DNA of 50,140 nucleotides from a virus (Duplodnaviria; Heunggongvirae; Uroviricota; Caudoviricetes): IMG/VR virus record IMGVR_UViG_2522572023_000006; one strand, 5' to 3'. Shown piece by piece: positions 25,215 to 33,730 of this stretch (position 1 is its first letter; each line of letters starts with the position of its first letter). The notes under the pieces were generated by a model. It saw only the letters and a program-made list of their open reading frames with translations, ran no database searches and was not told where the DNA came from. The position numbers and the translations under genes were made by a program.

Positions 25215-25439
25215 ATGTCATCAAAGAACAGAACCCGCAGAACAACAACCCGCAACATCCGATTTCCAAACCAGATAATTGAACAAATTAACATCGCTCT
25301 TGACCTGAAAGGTTCAGGTAATTTTTCAGCGTGGGTTATTGAAGCCTGCAGAAGAAGATTAATTAATGAAAAATATTCTCAATTTGTACCCAACAAAGAC
25401 AAACACGACCAGAGCACCTGTTCAGACAGGTTTACTTAA
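25215..25439 (+). CDS. Small basic protein, possibly YlcI/YnfO-like (DUF3950)
   Basis: 74-aa ORF between cos and the lysis module, the position of ylcI in DLP12-type prophages; assignment from recall only. Confidence 0.35.
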   Translation: MSSKNRTRRTTTRNIRFPNQIIEQINIALDLKGSGNFSAWVIEACRRRLINEKYSQFVPNKDKHDQSTCSDRFT

Positions 25440-25520
25440 ACGACTTATATATGACACAAAAAGCGACCACTAAAGTCGCTTTTTCTTATGGTAACAGGCA
25501 ATAACTCTCTCAGATATTTT

Positions 25521-25835
25521 TTAGCATTTTTTTGACCGCGCGTTTCCGGACGTATTCTGTTCTCCTGTCCCTTTATATCGTCGGAATACCCGCCGCTCTT
25601 CAAATCCCATTCCCAACTCAGAATGTAGTCTGTTGACCGCTTGTTTTATTTCGGTCAGGTTCACCGGTGAAACCGGAGTCCGGCGCGCCTTACGCAAACA
25701 CTCTGCTCGTTTCTGTGCCGCCACTTTTCTTTTCTGGTCATCACTTAGCTGTACCATCACTTTTGCCCATCGTTCAGCTGCTCTCCGGTACAGTCCTTTT
25801 TTCTCCAGACATTCTGCCACGTGATCATGTAGCAT
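25521..25835 (-). CDS. PerC-family transcriptional regulator (Pch-like)
   Basis: 104-aa ORF with N-terminal EKKGLYRRAAERW signature typical of PerC/Pch proteins; prophage-borne Pch proteins are 104 aa. Confidence 0.55.
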   Translation of the reverse strand: MLHDHVAECLEKKGLYRRAAERWAKVMVQLSDDQKRKVAAQKRAECLRKARRTPVSPVNLTEIKQAVNRLHSELGMGFEERRVFRRYKGTGEQNTSGNARSKKC

Positions 25836-25889
25836 AAGTGACCTCCGATTATCTACAGACTGCCATCCTGAATTTACCTTCCCTTAATG

Positions 25890-25990
25890 AAATAACAATA
25901 AAAAACAAACCACGCAAAAACAATAAAACAACACACAAAAAAAACTAAATAATAAACAAAAATAATCACCTTATTTTATTATTTTTTGAG
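25890..25990. repeat. A/C-rich low-complexity tract
   Basis: Roughly 100 bp made almost entirely of A and C (aacaataaaaaacaaaccacgcaaaaacaataaaacaacacacaaaaaaaac...), upstream of the PerC-like gene on the minus strand. Confidence 0.7.
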
Positions 25991-26300
25991 GGAGCAATTA
26001 CTGAACAAAAAACGCTGACTATATACTCAAAACCAAACAACTATTCTGCCAATCAGGTATCATGGCAACACACGGAATTACCGTGTTTTTGCCTTCTCTG
26101 CCCATACAATACGGGCATATACTTCATTCTCTATTGTAATATTTCTATCCATGTGCCCCACTCCATTTACCTGTAAATAATATTCAAAATATTTATCACA
26201 GAAATCGTTTTTGGCCATGAACTGAGCACACTATAAAGTCCGGAACTGACTCTTTGTTAAATTACCTTAACGTTACCAGTAACACCTTCATAACAAAACA

Positions 26301-26768
26301 TCACGGTATACACTGGGTACGGATATATTCCTGTGCTCCTTCCAGTTGCTTCTGCATTGCCATCAGCCGTTCTCTGAGGATGAAATAATCCCGTTCAGCG
26401 GTGTCTGCCAGTCGGGGGCCGGTTGCATTATCCACGCCGGAGGTGCCGGTGGCTTCACGCACGGTACCGGAGCAGGTGGCGTTGATCCGCAGGCGCTTAC
26501 GACCAGCGGCAACATCAGCACGCAGAGTTTCATTTTCAGCTCTCGCATCGGCTAATTCCCTCGAGTATCTGGCATCAAGTGCAGCGACATCACGCTGGCG
26601 TACCTGCATATCAGTAATTGTCACGTTCGCCAGCTTCAGCTCACTGGCTTTTTTATCGCGTTGCGCTTTGTAGGTAATGGCGTTATCGCGGTAATGATTC
26701 AGCCCCAGACTAAGCACACCACAGGCTACCAGCAGGACAATAATCACCACACACAGAACACGGTTCAT
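26301..26768 (-). CDS. Spanin inner-membrane subunit Rz
   Basis: 155-aa ORF with N-terminal TM helix and coiled-coil periplasmic domain; downstream of the endolysin; contains a nested Rz1 ORF. Confidence 0.8.
   Translation of the reverse strand: MNRVLCVVIIVLLVACGVLSLGLNHYRDNAITYKAQRDKKASELKLANVTITDMQVRQRDVAALDARYSRELADARAENETLRADVAAGRKRLRINATCSGTVREATGTSGVDNATGPRLADTAERDYFILRERLMAMQKQLEGAQEYIRTQCIP
26363..26548 (-). CDS. Spanin outer-membrane lipoprotein Rz1, embedded in Rz in the +1 frame
   Basis: 61 aa; lipobox LVVSAC followed by a proline-rich segment ([24 protein letters not shown]) as in lambda Rz1. Confidence 0.8.
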   Translation of the reverse strand: MRELKMKLCVLMLPLVVSACGSTPPAPVPCVKPPAPPAWIMQPAPDWQTPLNGIISSSENG

Positions 26769-26919
26769 ATCCCCCTCACCCCACCAGCCATGACAAAGTT
26801 AAGACGCGCCAGGCAGTGGAAAAGCAAATAGCAACCAGCATTAGTGAAAATGAAATGCCGACGATTACACAGAGGATCTTCGCCAGCGTTATGAGCTTGT
26901 CTGACATGCTTAATCCTCT

Positions 26920-27102
26920 TCACGATTTCAACGCAATGACCAGTTTTGCCAGCCCATACAGCATCGGAGACACAGCAATACCGACCGCCACCCACTTAAT
27001 AGCAAAAGCCAGCGCTCTGCTGACGTCATCAGTTACAGGCGCTTTCAGTTCAAGGCCGTTTTTCATAGTCAATCTCAACAGAATTCGTTTATACTTTCCC
27101 AT
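26920..27102 (-). CDS. Small membrane-anchored protein inside the lysis cassette
   Basis: 60-aa product from internal ATG with strong RBS (AAGGGAGAA); basic N-terminus and C-terminal TM helix (ALAFAIKWVAVGIAVSPMLYGLAKLVIAL); sits between endolysin and Rz. Confidence 0.45.
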   Translation of the reverse strand: MGKYKRILLRLTMKNGLELKAPVTDDVSRALAFAIKWVAVGIAVSPMLYGLAKLVIALKS

Positions 27103-27257
27103 GTTCTCCCTTGCCTTACTCAAGGTCAGAAACACAAAACCCCGTTTGCGGCCAACAAACGGGGTTTTACTTTTATTCACTTAGTTTTTGCCAGTTCGCA
27201 GGATTTCGTGTTATCCGCCAGTGTGAGCAAACCGCATTTTTCAGCAAAATATTCTGC

Positions 27258-27791
27258 TTATCTGTCAATTCCCCAGCACGCCAGCGCGCTCTCCTGGTCA
27301 CGCCGTGAAACCTGACCGTAGCAGTTGTTTGAGCGAATACGGCAGTCTCTGCCACCGTCCTTAATCCACCAGCGAATCGCTTCGCAGGCACCTTTTAGAT
27401 CACCTGCATTAATCCGTCTGTAAAACGTAGACGGGAAACACTTACCGGGGCCAATGTTATAAGGACAAAATGACGCGATACCCGCCTTCTGGGGTTCGGT
27501 CAGCGGTACTTTAATATTGCGCTCCACCCACTCCAGCGCCTTATCACGTTCAATGGCGTTAACCTGGTCGCATTTTTCCTTCGACAACTTCATGCCCGGG
27601 ACGACAGGTTTACCATCCACTCGGGTGGTACCGCGGCAGATGGTCCAGATCCCCGCACCATCACGGTATGCCGTGGTGTGGTTACCTTCTTTTTCGTCAA
27701 GAAACTGGTCGAGGATTTCAGGCGCAGACGCCCCTGCACCAATCAGCGCCAGAACGGCAGCCGACAGGCCGTATCTGATTTTTGCGTTCAT
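27258..27791 (-). CDS. SAR endolysin (T4-lysozyme-like muramidase with signal-anchor-release N-terminus)
   Basis: 177 aa; weakly hydrophobic Gly/Ala-rich N-terminal segment (YGLSAAVLALIGAGASAP) followed by a lysozyme-like domain; paired with an S21-type pinholin. Confidence 0.8.
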   Translation of the reverse strand: MNAKIRYGLSAAVLALIGAGASAPEILDQFLDEKEGNHTTAYRDGAGIWTICRGTTRVDGKPVVPGMKLSKEKCDQVNAIERDKALEWVERNIKVPLTEPQKAGIASFCPYNIGPGKCFPSTFYRRINAGDLKGACEAIRWWIKDGGRDCRIRSNNCYGQVSRRDQESALACWGIDR

Positions 27792-27841
27792 GGATATTTA
27801 TCAGGGTTTATCGATTTCAAATCCCTGGATATGTTAAGTCT

Positions 27842-28186
27842 TCAGGCCAGCGGTGGAGTCTTCAGAGAACCCGTAATTATTCCCGGTAGTTTTCCTCTGT
27901 AGGTTATCAACACATCCTGCGCCTCTAAAATTACGGGACGCTTTTCCGGTAACGGACCATCCCCTTCACATAACCCGGCAGCAACATCCATGAAAAACTG
28001 CTTCGCCTGCTTTTTCGCCTCAGCTTCGTAAAACTCCAGCGTGGCACCTTCAGTACGGTCAAGACTAATCGCCACATCTGGCAACAACAGTGACGGATAC
28101 CCACCAATTTCCAGTGCCACAGTAACAGTAATCTTATCCGGGTAATTATTTATCCCTTTAACACCCAGTTCGTATTTTTTCTTCAT
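27842..28186 (-). CDS. Hypothetical protein between holin and endolysin (YdfR-like, DUF1327)
   Basis: 114-aa soluble ORF at the position ydfR occupies in the Qin lysis cassette. Confidence 0.45.
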   Translation of the reverse strand: MKKKYELGVKGINNYPDKITVTVALEIGGYPSLLLPDVAISLDRTEGATLEFYEAEAKKQAKQFFMDVAAGLCEGDGPLPEKRPVILEAQDVLITYRGKLPGIITGSLKTPPLA

Positions 28187-28190
28187 CGCT

Positions 28191-28406
28191 TTACTCCCCC
28201 CGCGCCGCCTTACGACGGTCCTCTCTGATTTTGAAATACAGGTTAGTCAGATACGTCAGCAGGCCAAACAGCAGACTCCCCAGTACACCTATTGCCACCC
28301 ACTGGGACGGAGAGACTTTGTCCAGCAGCTGCAGTAACCAGTATCCCGTCCCCACCGCTGACGTGGTGTATGACACACCCGTTGTGATTTTTTCCATCTG
28401 GTACAT
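28191..28406 (-). CDS. Class II (S21-type) holin/pinholin with dual start
   Basis: 71-aa product [71 protein letters not shown]; two TM segments; Met1 and Met4 give holin/antiholin dual starts; RBS GGGAGA. Confidence 0.85.
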   Translation of the reverse strand: MYQMEKITTGVSYTTSAVGTGYWLLQLLDKVSPSQWVAIGVLGSLLFGLLTYLTNLYFKIREDRRKAARGE

Positions 28407-28555
28407 ACCCCGTCTCCCGTTATCCGGAAGCTGACAACAATAAAAAAGCCACCAGTTAACTACTGATGGCTCTGATAACTCATGCAGGCGTCTCAGACGA
28501 CCCACTGACACTACCGGTGAGTTTAACGATACCTTCCATTTGACTGGCTCACTTT

Positions 28556-30409
28556 TTATGATGATGCCGGTGCATTTATCTCCAGCACCAGACTTTCTAT
28601 CTCAACGCCATACGCTGCATTTTTTGTAACATCCGTCAGCGTCAGCGCATTCAGTCCCAGTGTCAGACTGTCTTTTATAACCTGGAATGCCGGGCCAGCC
28701 ACTCCATTCAGTTTCGGAGTAACCGTGGCACTGCCGGCGGTGAACACCAGCTCCAGCGTCTGCCAGTCGTTACCGTAATCGCCGAACTCCCCCAGCTTCG
28801 TGTTTCCGGCTTTCCTGTGATGCATCAGATTCACTCTGCCGTCAGTGGTCTGAGTGAAGTACGACATCAGGAACGGATTACCGGTACCCGTCATCGCCAC
28901 ACCATCAGGAACGGGAGCATCCGTATACAGATAAATCCCCAGCCCGAACTGATTGTTGGTCAGTGCGCCTGACAGGCGGAACTTACAGGTCAGTCTGCCG
29001 CCCTGTGTCAGCAGGGTAATTGCGTCATCCACCGGATGCGTCAGGGACCAGGTTTTATTGCTCTGCTTGGTGATCTTAAATACACCATCTGACAACTGAA
29101 TTCCGCCATCCTTAATGCTCCAGCCCTGCGCAGCAGCCTCTCCGGCTGCCGGCAGCAGGGAGATTGTGCGAACGGACGTATCTGCAGACGGACCCGATGG
29201 CGTGTTGCCGCCGGGCGAGGGTTTGATTTCCGGTGCCTTACCACTGATGAAGGCTGAGGTGCGCCCGGCTGCGTTCAGAATAGCGGTTGCCATACGATCC
29301 GGAATAATGCTCCTGCGCGCCCATGAACTGAAATGTGTCGGGCGGTTTGATGATACCTGGTTTCCATTCGTTCTCGATGCCGCACCGTAATATCCTGATG
29401 CCGGAATATCCGGATCTTCTGCCGGCGCGTTAGTGGCGGTATTGACGCCGTTACCGTCTGTCATGAAGGGCACAAAATAAACGCCCTCACTCTCCCTGTT
29501 TTTATACCCGCCGTACACGGTGTCGTACTGGGTAGCGTATGTATTTTTCCAGTAATACGTCGTGTCACCACAAATCCACGGCACATCTGCAGCACTGCCA
29601 CCATGGCACTGCGCGTTAAACACGGAGAGGTCAGCACGAAACTGTGTCAGCATGGCTGTAAACAGCGCAGGTTGCTGTGCGTGGGTGGCGGCGCTCATGT
29701 CAAACTCTCCCTGCATCCAGCACACCGCCAGCAACACATTTTTCGGGTTCTTCTGTAATGCAGCTTTAGTGCGCGCAATCAGGTCCTGATATAACGGTTT
29801 ACCCACACCCCAGCGTGCCGAATCCTGGCTGGCCCCCGTGTCCGCACTGAATGTCCCCTCCGCGCCCTGGGTGAATGCCGAACCACCACGACAGCATGGT
29901 ACCAGCAGGATCCCCGCGTTATTCGGGATATACGGGAGCAGTTTTTTGGCAATATGTAACCCCTGGCCGACACAGCCGTACTGCCCTTTGCTCAGGTCTG
30001 CCTTCGGATGATTCAGCGTACTCATATCCTGCACATCATGCAGGCAGTGGTCGGCCGGAATAATATCGTTATATCTGCAGGCAGCCCCACCCGGCGTCAC
30101 TGTACTGCGGCGCGCCAGCTGTTTAATGCGCGGATCCGGAGCATCGTATGAATCCGGCAGCGGAAGCCCTTCACCGTAAGCCATGGCATTGGACTGCCCG
30201 GCCAGTACGATGACGTAGTACCAATCCGGCTCAGTTGCACCACTGACCACCACATCACCTTCTGCTGTAATCGCCTGCATCAGGGTATAAGGGGTTATGG
30301 CCACCGGACTACCAAACGGCTGCCAGCCCTCTTTCAGTTTGTGTGTCAGCTTTTCCGCAAGGTCTGACGGCGACGCCGCCCTGACAACATCATAATGTTT
30401 AAATGTCAT
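28556..30409 (-). CDS. Prophage sialate O-acetylesterase (NanS-p-like, SASA/SGNH family)
   Basis: 617 aa; [11 protein letters not shown] catalytic-serine motif; sits between the late promoter region and the holin, as in Stx-converting phages; RBS GGGAGGA. Confidence 0.65.
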   Translation of the reverse strand: MTFKHYDVVRAASPSDLAEKLTHKLKEGWQPFGSPVAITPYTLMQAITAEGDVVVSGATEPDWYYVIVLAGQSNAMAYGEGLPLPDSYDAPDPRIKQLARRSTVTPGGAACRYNDIIPADHCLHDVQDMSTLNHPKADLSKGQYGCVGQGLHIAKKLLPYIPNNAGILLVPCCRGGSAFTQGAEGTFSADTGASQDSARWGVGKPLYQDLIARTKAALQKNPKNVLLAVCWMQGEFDMSAATHAQQPALFTAMLTQFRADLSVFNAQCHGGSAADVPWICGDTTYYWKNTYATQYDTVYGGYKNRESEGVYFVPFMTDGNGVNTATNAPAEDPDIPASGYYGAASRTNGNQVSSNRPTHFSSWARRSIIPDRMATAILNAAGRTSAFISGKAPEIKPSPGGNTPSGPSADTSVRTISLLPAAGEAAAQGWSIKDGGIQLSDGVFKITKQSNKTWSLTHPVDDAITLLTQGGRLTCKFRLSGALTNNQFGLGIYLYTDAPVPDGVAMTGTGNPFLMSYFTQTTDGRVNLMHHRKAGNTKLGEFGDYGNDWQTLELVFTAGSATVTPKLNGVAGPAFQVIKDSLTLGLNALTLTDVTKNAAYGVEIESLVLEINAPASS

Positions 30410-30452
30410 TATTCCTCCCGGCCGGGATAGTGTATTAAATCAGATATGGAGT

Positions 30453-30497
30453 GGGCTGTAGTCCGGAAGCCTGAATGACACACGGGGACTACAGCCC
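30453..30497. repeat. Perfect 12-bp inverted repeat (GGGCTGTAGTCC / GGACTACAGCCC) with 21-nt spacer
   Basis: Read directly from sequence; lies about 45 nt upstream of the esterase start on the late-transcript strand. Confidence 0.8.
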
Positions 30498-30593
30498 AAG
30501 AAATGAAAAAAGGCCACGCAGTTGCGCAGCCTGATAAACCCTGGTTAAAATCCACACGATAACAACACAACAATATCAGTATCTCATGCTGTT

Positions 30594-30618
30594 GCCCGAA
30601 CCTACTCGGGCGTTTTTT
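30594..30618 (+). terminator. Rho-independent terminator (plus-strand sense)
   Basis: GCCCGA-acctac-TCGGGC followed by TTTTTT. Confidence 0.55.
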
Positions 30619-30624
30619 GCATGT

Positions 30625-30649
30625 AAAAAGGCTCCTGCGATGAGGAGCC
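30625..30649 (-). terminator. Rho-independent terminator (minus-strand sense) within the late region
   Basis: On the minus strand, GGCTCCT-catcgc-AGGAGCC followed by TTTTT; lies between the tRNA-like element and the esterase gene. Confidence 0.55.
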
Positions 30650-30936
30650 TGGATATATGCCTAATCTCTGTATACAGCATGATGCCGGGTGCCTCCCGGT
30701 GAATTCTGCAATGACCAGACAGAATCCGCAACTTGCCTATACAATACGCAACCAAACATCTGTCATTATGCCCCGCCGCCCAGGGGGATTCATCATGCAG
30801 GATTTTTTTAACAAACGCTCAGCATGTCAGGCAACAGTCAACTACCTGAATTGTGAGGCATTTAACATTTCACTGTCCGGTGTCTTTCCTGTAATAAAAA
30901 GCCCGCAAAAGAGAGTCAGGGCAGATAAGTGTGGTG

Positions 30937-31012
30937 TGGCGCGTTGTACTGGATTCGAACCAGCGACCTGGCGATTATGCGTCGCTCGCTCTCACCACTG
31001 AGCTAAAGGGCC
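30937..31012 (-). tRNA. tRNA-like element (Ile2/Met-type, anticodon CAU), probably a defective pseudo-tRNA
   Basis: 76-nt cloverleaf-like sequence: GCTC/GAGC D-stem, GGTTCGAATCC T-loop, CAU at anticodon position, 3' GCCA. The acceptor stem cannot pair (GGCCCTT against ACAACGC), position 33 is G not U, and positions 27-43 mismatch. Confidence 0.45.
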
Positions 31013-31052
31013 TGGCGCAGGATAATAACGGTACGTAACTAATCCTGCAATA

Positions 31053-32111
31053 TCATCCGTTCTGACTGACTAAATCCTGTACTTCCCTGACCGTCTGCTC
31101 AAAACGTTCAGTCTCCAGCTCAACGCCAGTTGCACGACGCCCCAGCGCCATCGCGGCTTTGACTGTCGAACCCGACCCCATGAAGAAATCTGCAACCAGG
31201 TCACCCGGACGACTGCTCGCACTGATTATCTGCTGCAGCATTTCTGCCGGTTTTTCGCACGGATGTTTCCCGGGATAGTACTGCACCGGTTTATGCGTCC
31301 ACACATCCGTGTACGGCACCTGCGCCGTCACGCCAAAATACCGCCGCAGATGCTTATATTCACTCTGCAGTTCCGCATACTGCCGGTTCAGTGAAGTATA
31401 CGTCTCCAGCAGCTGGTGGTGGGGCTTTTCCAGTTCACCGCGCTGATGCTTCTCTTCTGCCACCCGGGCAAACAGCGCCTGTAATTTCAGATAATCGCTT
31501 TCGTTCGGTAGCTGCCACTGACTGGCACTAAACCAGTGCGACACCATGTTTTTCTTTCCTGTGGCATCCACTATCTGTTTTGCCGTTATCCCCAGGGCAG
31601 CACGCGCATCACGAAAGTAAGAAATCAGCGGAGCCATCACATGCTGTTTCAGTGCCCTGCCCTTCGCCTCATACCCGGCATCTTTCGGACGATACGGCCC
31701 CTGATAATGTTCCGCGAACAGAATGCGCTCTGTGGCGGGGAAATACGCCCTCAGGCTTTCCTTGTTGCACCCGTTCCAGCGTCCGGACGGCTTCGCCCAG
31801 ATAATATGGTTCAGCACACTGAAGCGTTCACGCATCATGATTTCAATGTCAGATGCCAGGCGATGGCCACAGAACAGGTAAAGACTTCCGGCAGGTTTCA
31901 GCACCCGCCAGAACTGCGCCAGACACTGGTCCAGCCATTTCAGGTAATCCTCATCACCCGTCCACTGGTTATCCCAGCCCTCAGGCTTCACTTTAAAGTA
32001 CGGCGGGTCCGTGACTATCAGGTCAACAGAATTTTCGGGTAACGACCGGATAAATTCCAGGCAGTCGGCGTTGATTAACTCACAACTGGATATTTTTACA
32101 GTATTAAACAT
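31053..32111 (-). CDS. Orphan DNA methyltransferase (N6-adenine/N4-cytosine type, beta class)
   Basis: 352 aa; catalytic DPPY motif near the N-terminus and AdoMet-binding FxGSGS motif (DFFMGSGST) near the C-terminus; no adjacent restriction endonuclease gene. Confidence 0.8.
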   Translation of the reverse strand: MFNTVKISSCELINADCLEFIRSLPENSVDLIVTDPPYFKVKPEGWDNQWTGDEDYLKWLDQCLAQFWRVLKPAGSLYLFCGHRLASDIEIMMRERFSVLNHIIWAKPSGRWNGCNKESLRAYFPATERILFAEHYQGPYRPKDAGYEAKGRALKQHVMAPLISYFRDARAALGITAKQIVDATGKKNMVSHWFSASQWQLPNESDYLKLQALFARVAEEKHQRGELEKPHHQLLETYTSLNRQYAELQSEYKHLRRYFGVTAQVPYTDVWTHKPVQYYPGKHPCEKPAEMLQQIISASSRPGDLVADFFMGSGSTVKAAMALGRRATGVELETERFEQTVREVQDLVSQNG

Positions 32112-32262
32112 GGATCATTAAGCCTGTCTCTGATAGGCTCATACCGCTTTTGCGCAAAGCAGATGGGCCTGAGGTTTGCTTGTGACCCCAACGCATGAGC
32201 AGATGGCTGGTGAGTGCCCCTAACCCCCACCAGCCGCCCATTTACCACAAATAAAAAAGCCT

Positions 32263-32460
32263 TCAGGACTGAAGGCGTCTGTAACAACCAAACTGATAGT
32301 CTGCCAGACCCGCCATAACAAGCTGGGTCAGTATTAGCTGGCAGCGTTCGCGTGAAAGGTACGTATTCTGTGCAATCTCCCCGACTGTCGCCGGTTCGGT
32401 GGCACTTAATTCATTAAAAACTGCTCTGGCGGTTTCTGTCATATCCCGCTGTTTCAGCAT
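32263..32460 (-). CDS. Hypothetical small protein, first ORF of the late transcript
   Basis: 65-aa product from MLKQRDMTETARAVFNEL; the longer ORF-track start would overlap the terminator hairpin, so an internal start is preferred. Confidence 0.35.
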   Translation of the reverse strand: MLKQRDMTETARAVFNELSATEPATVGEIAQNTYLSRERCQLILTQLVMAGLADYQFGCYRRLQS

Positions 32461-32583
32461 GTCTTTTTCCCTTTTTCGGTTAACGTGACACACCAATAAC
32501 TCTTGTCGAAAAAGCCAGCAAGCTGAAAGACCGGTATTCACCGCCGCCAGCGCGTTTACTGTACTGACGCGATTTTCGGACAT

Positions 32584-32612
32584 AAAAAAACCGCCTGGCG
32601 GCAGTTTTTTTC
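32584..32612 (-). terminator. tR'-like terminator of the short late leader RNA
   Basis: On the minus strand, A7-CTGCCGCCAGGCGG-T7: a short GC hairpin with a T-run, about 50-70 nt downstream of the promoter-like element. Confidence 0.45.
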
Positions 32613-32660
32613 TTATTTTGTCATCGCGTACAAAATAGGCAAAATATCAGATTTATACGA

Positions 32661-32689
32661 AACATACGCGATTTAATTGACTTTTGCAA
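32661..32689 (-). promoter_or_regulatory. Candidate late promoter (pR'-like) at the 3' end of the Q-like gene
   Basis: On the minus strand, TTGCAA, 17-nt spacer, TATGTT; the -10 lies just after the Q-like stop codon. Confidence 0.4.
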
Positions 32690-33368
32690 TATCTCGTCGT
32701 GAAAAGGTCGCTTTTTGTTGCGCTCTTATTTTCACGGAGCAAATCAAGGATTCTCTATCGAGGCGCTTAAAAATATCGCACATCTCACGCCAGTAGTTCG
32801 CATAATTATGGCTCCAGTTATCAGGCTTAACTCCACACAGTCTGGCAAGCTCCTGTCTCTGGTAGACCTCACACCCGGTAACCCATCCTCTGACATCCTG
32901 TGCCGCCAGCCAGATCAACTTCTTCACACGCTCCAGCGTTTTCACTGCAATTTTTCTGGTACCAGACTGAGTTTTAAATTCATTCCACACCCACTGCGTT
33001 ATCGCGATCTGATGCTCCCAGCAAATGTTTCCGCCATAACACCACAACAACCACGCCTTCTGATGTTCTTCCAGTTCCAGAAGGGTACGCCGCCACGATG
33101 ATGTTGCAAACTCAACAGGACTGACCAGGGCAATTGATGAGCCTTTCGCCAGTGATTGTTTACCCGGGATTGGGGGATTATCCCGCGTGATCATTTTTCC
33201 GGTTACCTCATCGCGGTAACGAATTTTTTTGCGTCTGTAACGCCCTGTATCGAACAGGGCATTTTCCTGCCAGGCTTCCAGTTGACCTTTTGTCGCCCCA
33301 CTGAGATCCGCAGTGGCAATCATGAGTTGCTCACGAACAAACTGTAAATACTGGTTATTCATGCACAC
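32673..33368 (-). CDS. Putative late antiterminator (Q-like)
   Basis: 231-aa ORF immediately downstream of rusA and upstream of the promoter/terminator pair and late genes; assignment is mainly positional. Confidence 0.5.
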   Translation of the reverse strand: MCMNNQYLQFVREQLMIATADLSGATKGQLEAWQENALFDTGRYRRKKIRYRDEVTGKMITRDNPPIPGKQSLAKGSSIALVSPVEFATSSWRRTLLELEEHQKAWLLWCYGGNICWEHQIAITQWVWNEFKTQSGTRKIAVKTLERVKKLIWLAAQDVRGWVTGCEVYQRQELARLCGVKPDNWSHNYANYWREMCDIFKRLDRESLICSVKIRAQQKATFSRRDIAKVN

Positions 33369-33718
33369 CCCACCTCTGTAATTTTTATCTCCAGCCGTCC
33401 ACCAGATACTGGCTTGCCACGTACAATATTGATTTCATCAAACTGCTCATCGTCCATTAACAACCCCGCGTGCGTCAGCGCATCCAGCGGTGCTTTCAGA
33501 ATATTGTCCAGGTCACGGCGGCGCTTATCCGGTGGCTCTGCAATAATTTTTATTGCCAGCCGTCCGGACAGGCTTAATTTCAGTCGCTGCTGGCGAACAA
33601 TAAGCGCCACTGCCCGGCGATAACGCTCCCCGGCTTTTGATACAAAATATGTGCTGCCACGGCGTCGCCAGTAAGTGTTCACCGTCGGCGGGTAAGGTAA
33701 AACCAAATCTATGAGCAT
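33359..33718 (-). CDS. rusA: Holliday junction resolvase RusA
   Basis: 119-aa ORF with the RusA-family signature (PPTVNTYW ... RRRDLDNILKAPLDAL). Confidence 0.8.
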   Translation of the reverse strand: MLIDLVLPYPPTVNTYWRRRGSTYFVSKAGERYRRAVALIVRQQRLKLSLSGRLAIKIIAEPPDKRRRDLDNILKAPLDALTHAGLLMDDEQFDEINIVRGKPVSGGRLEIKITEVGCA

Positions 33719-33730
33719 CAGTCACCTCTT

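Noticed and set aside
26765-26995. 76-aa minus-strand ORF overlapping the start of Rz and the small lysis-cassette gene
   Set aside because: Out-of-frame overlap with two better-supported genes and a Cys-rich composition that does not look protein-like.
30657-31001. 114-aa plus-strand ORF overlapping the terminator cluster and the tRNA-like element
   Set aside because: Runs antisense through the tRNA-like sequence and regulatory hairpins on the strand opposite the late operon; no RBS.
30937-31012. The tRNA-like element considered as the prophage attachment site
   Set aside because: It lies in the middle of the prophage between the methyltransferase and esterase genes, far from the integrase; the ends are better explained by the 11-bp repeat at 1276 and 48971.
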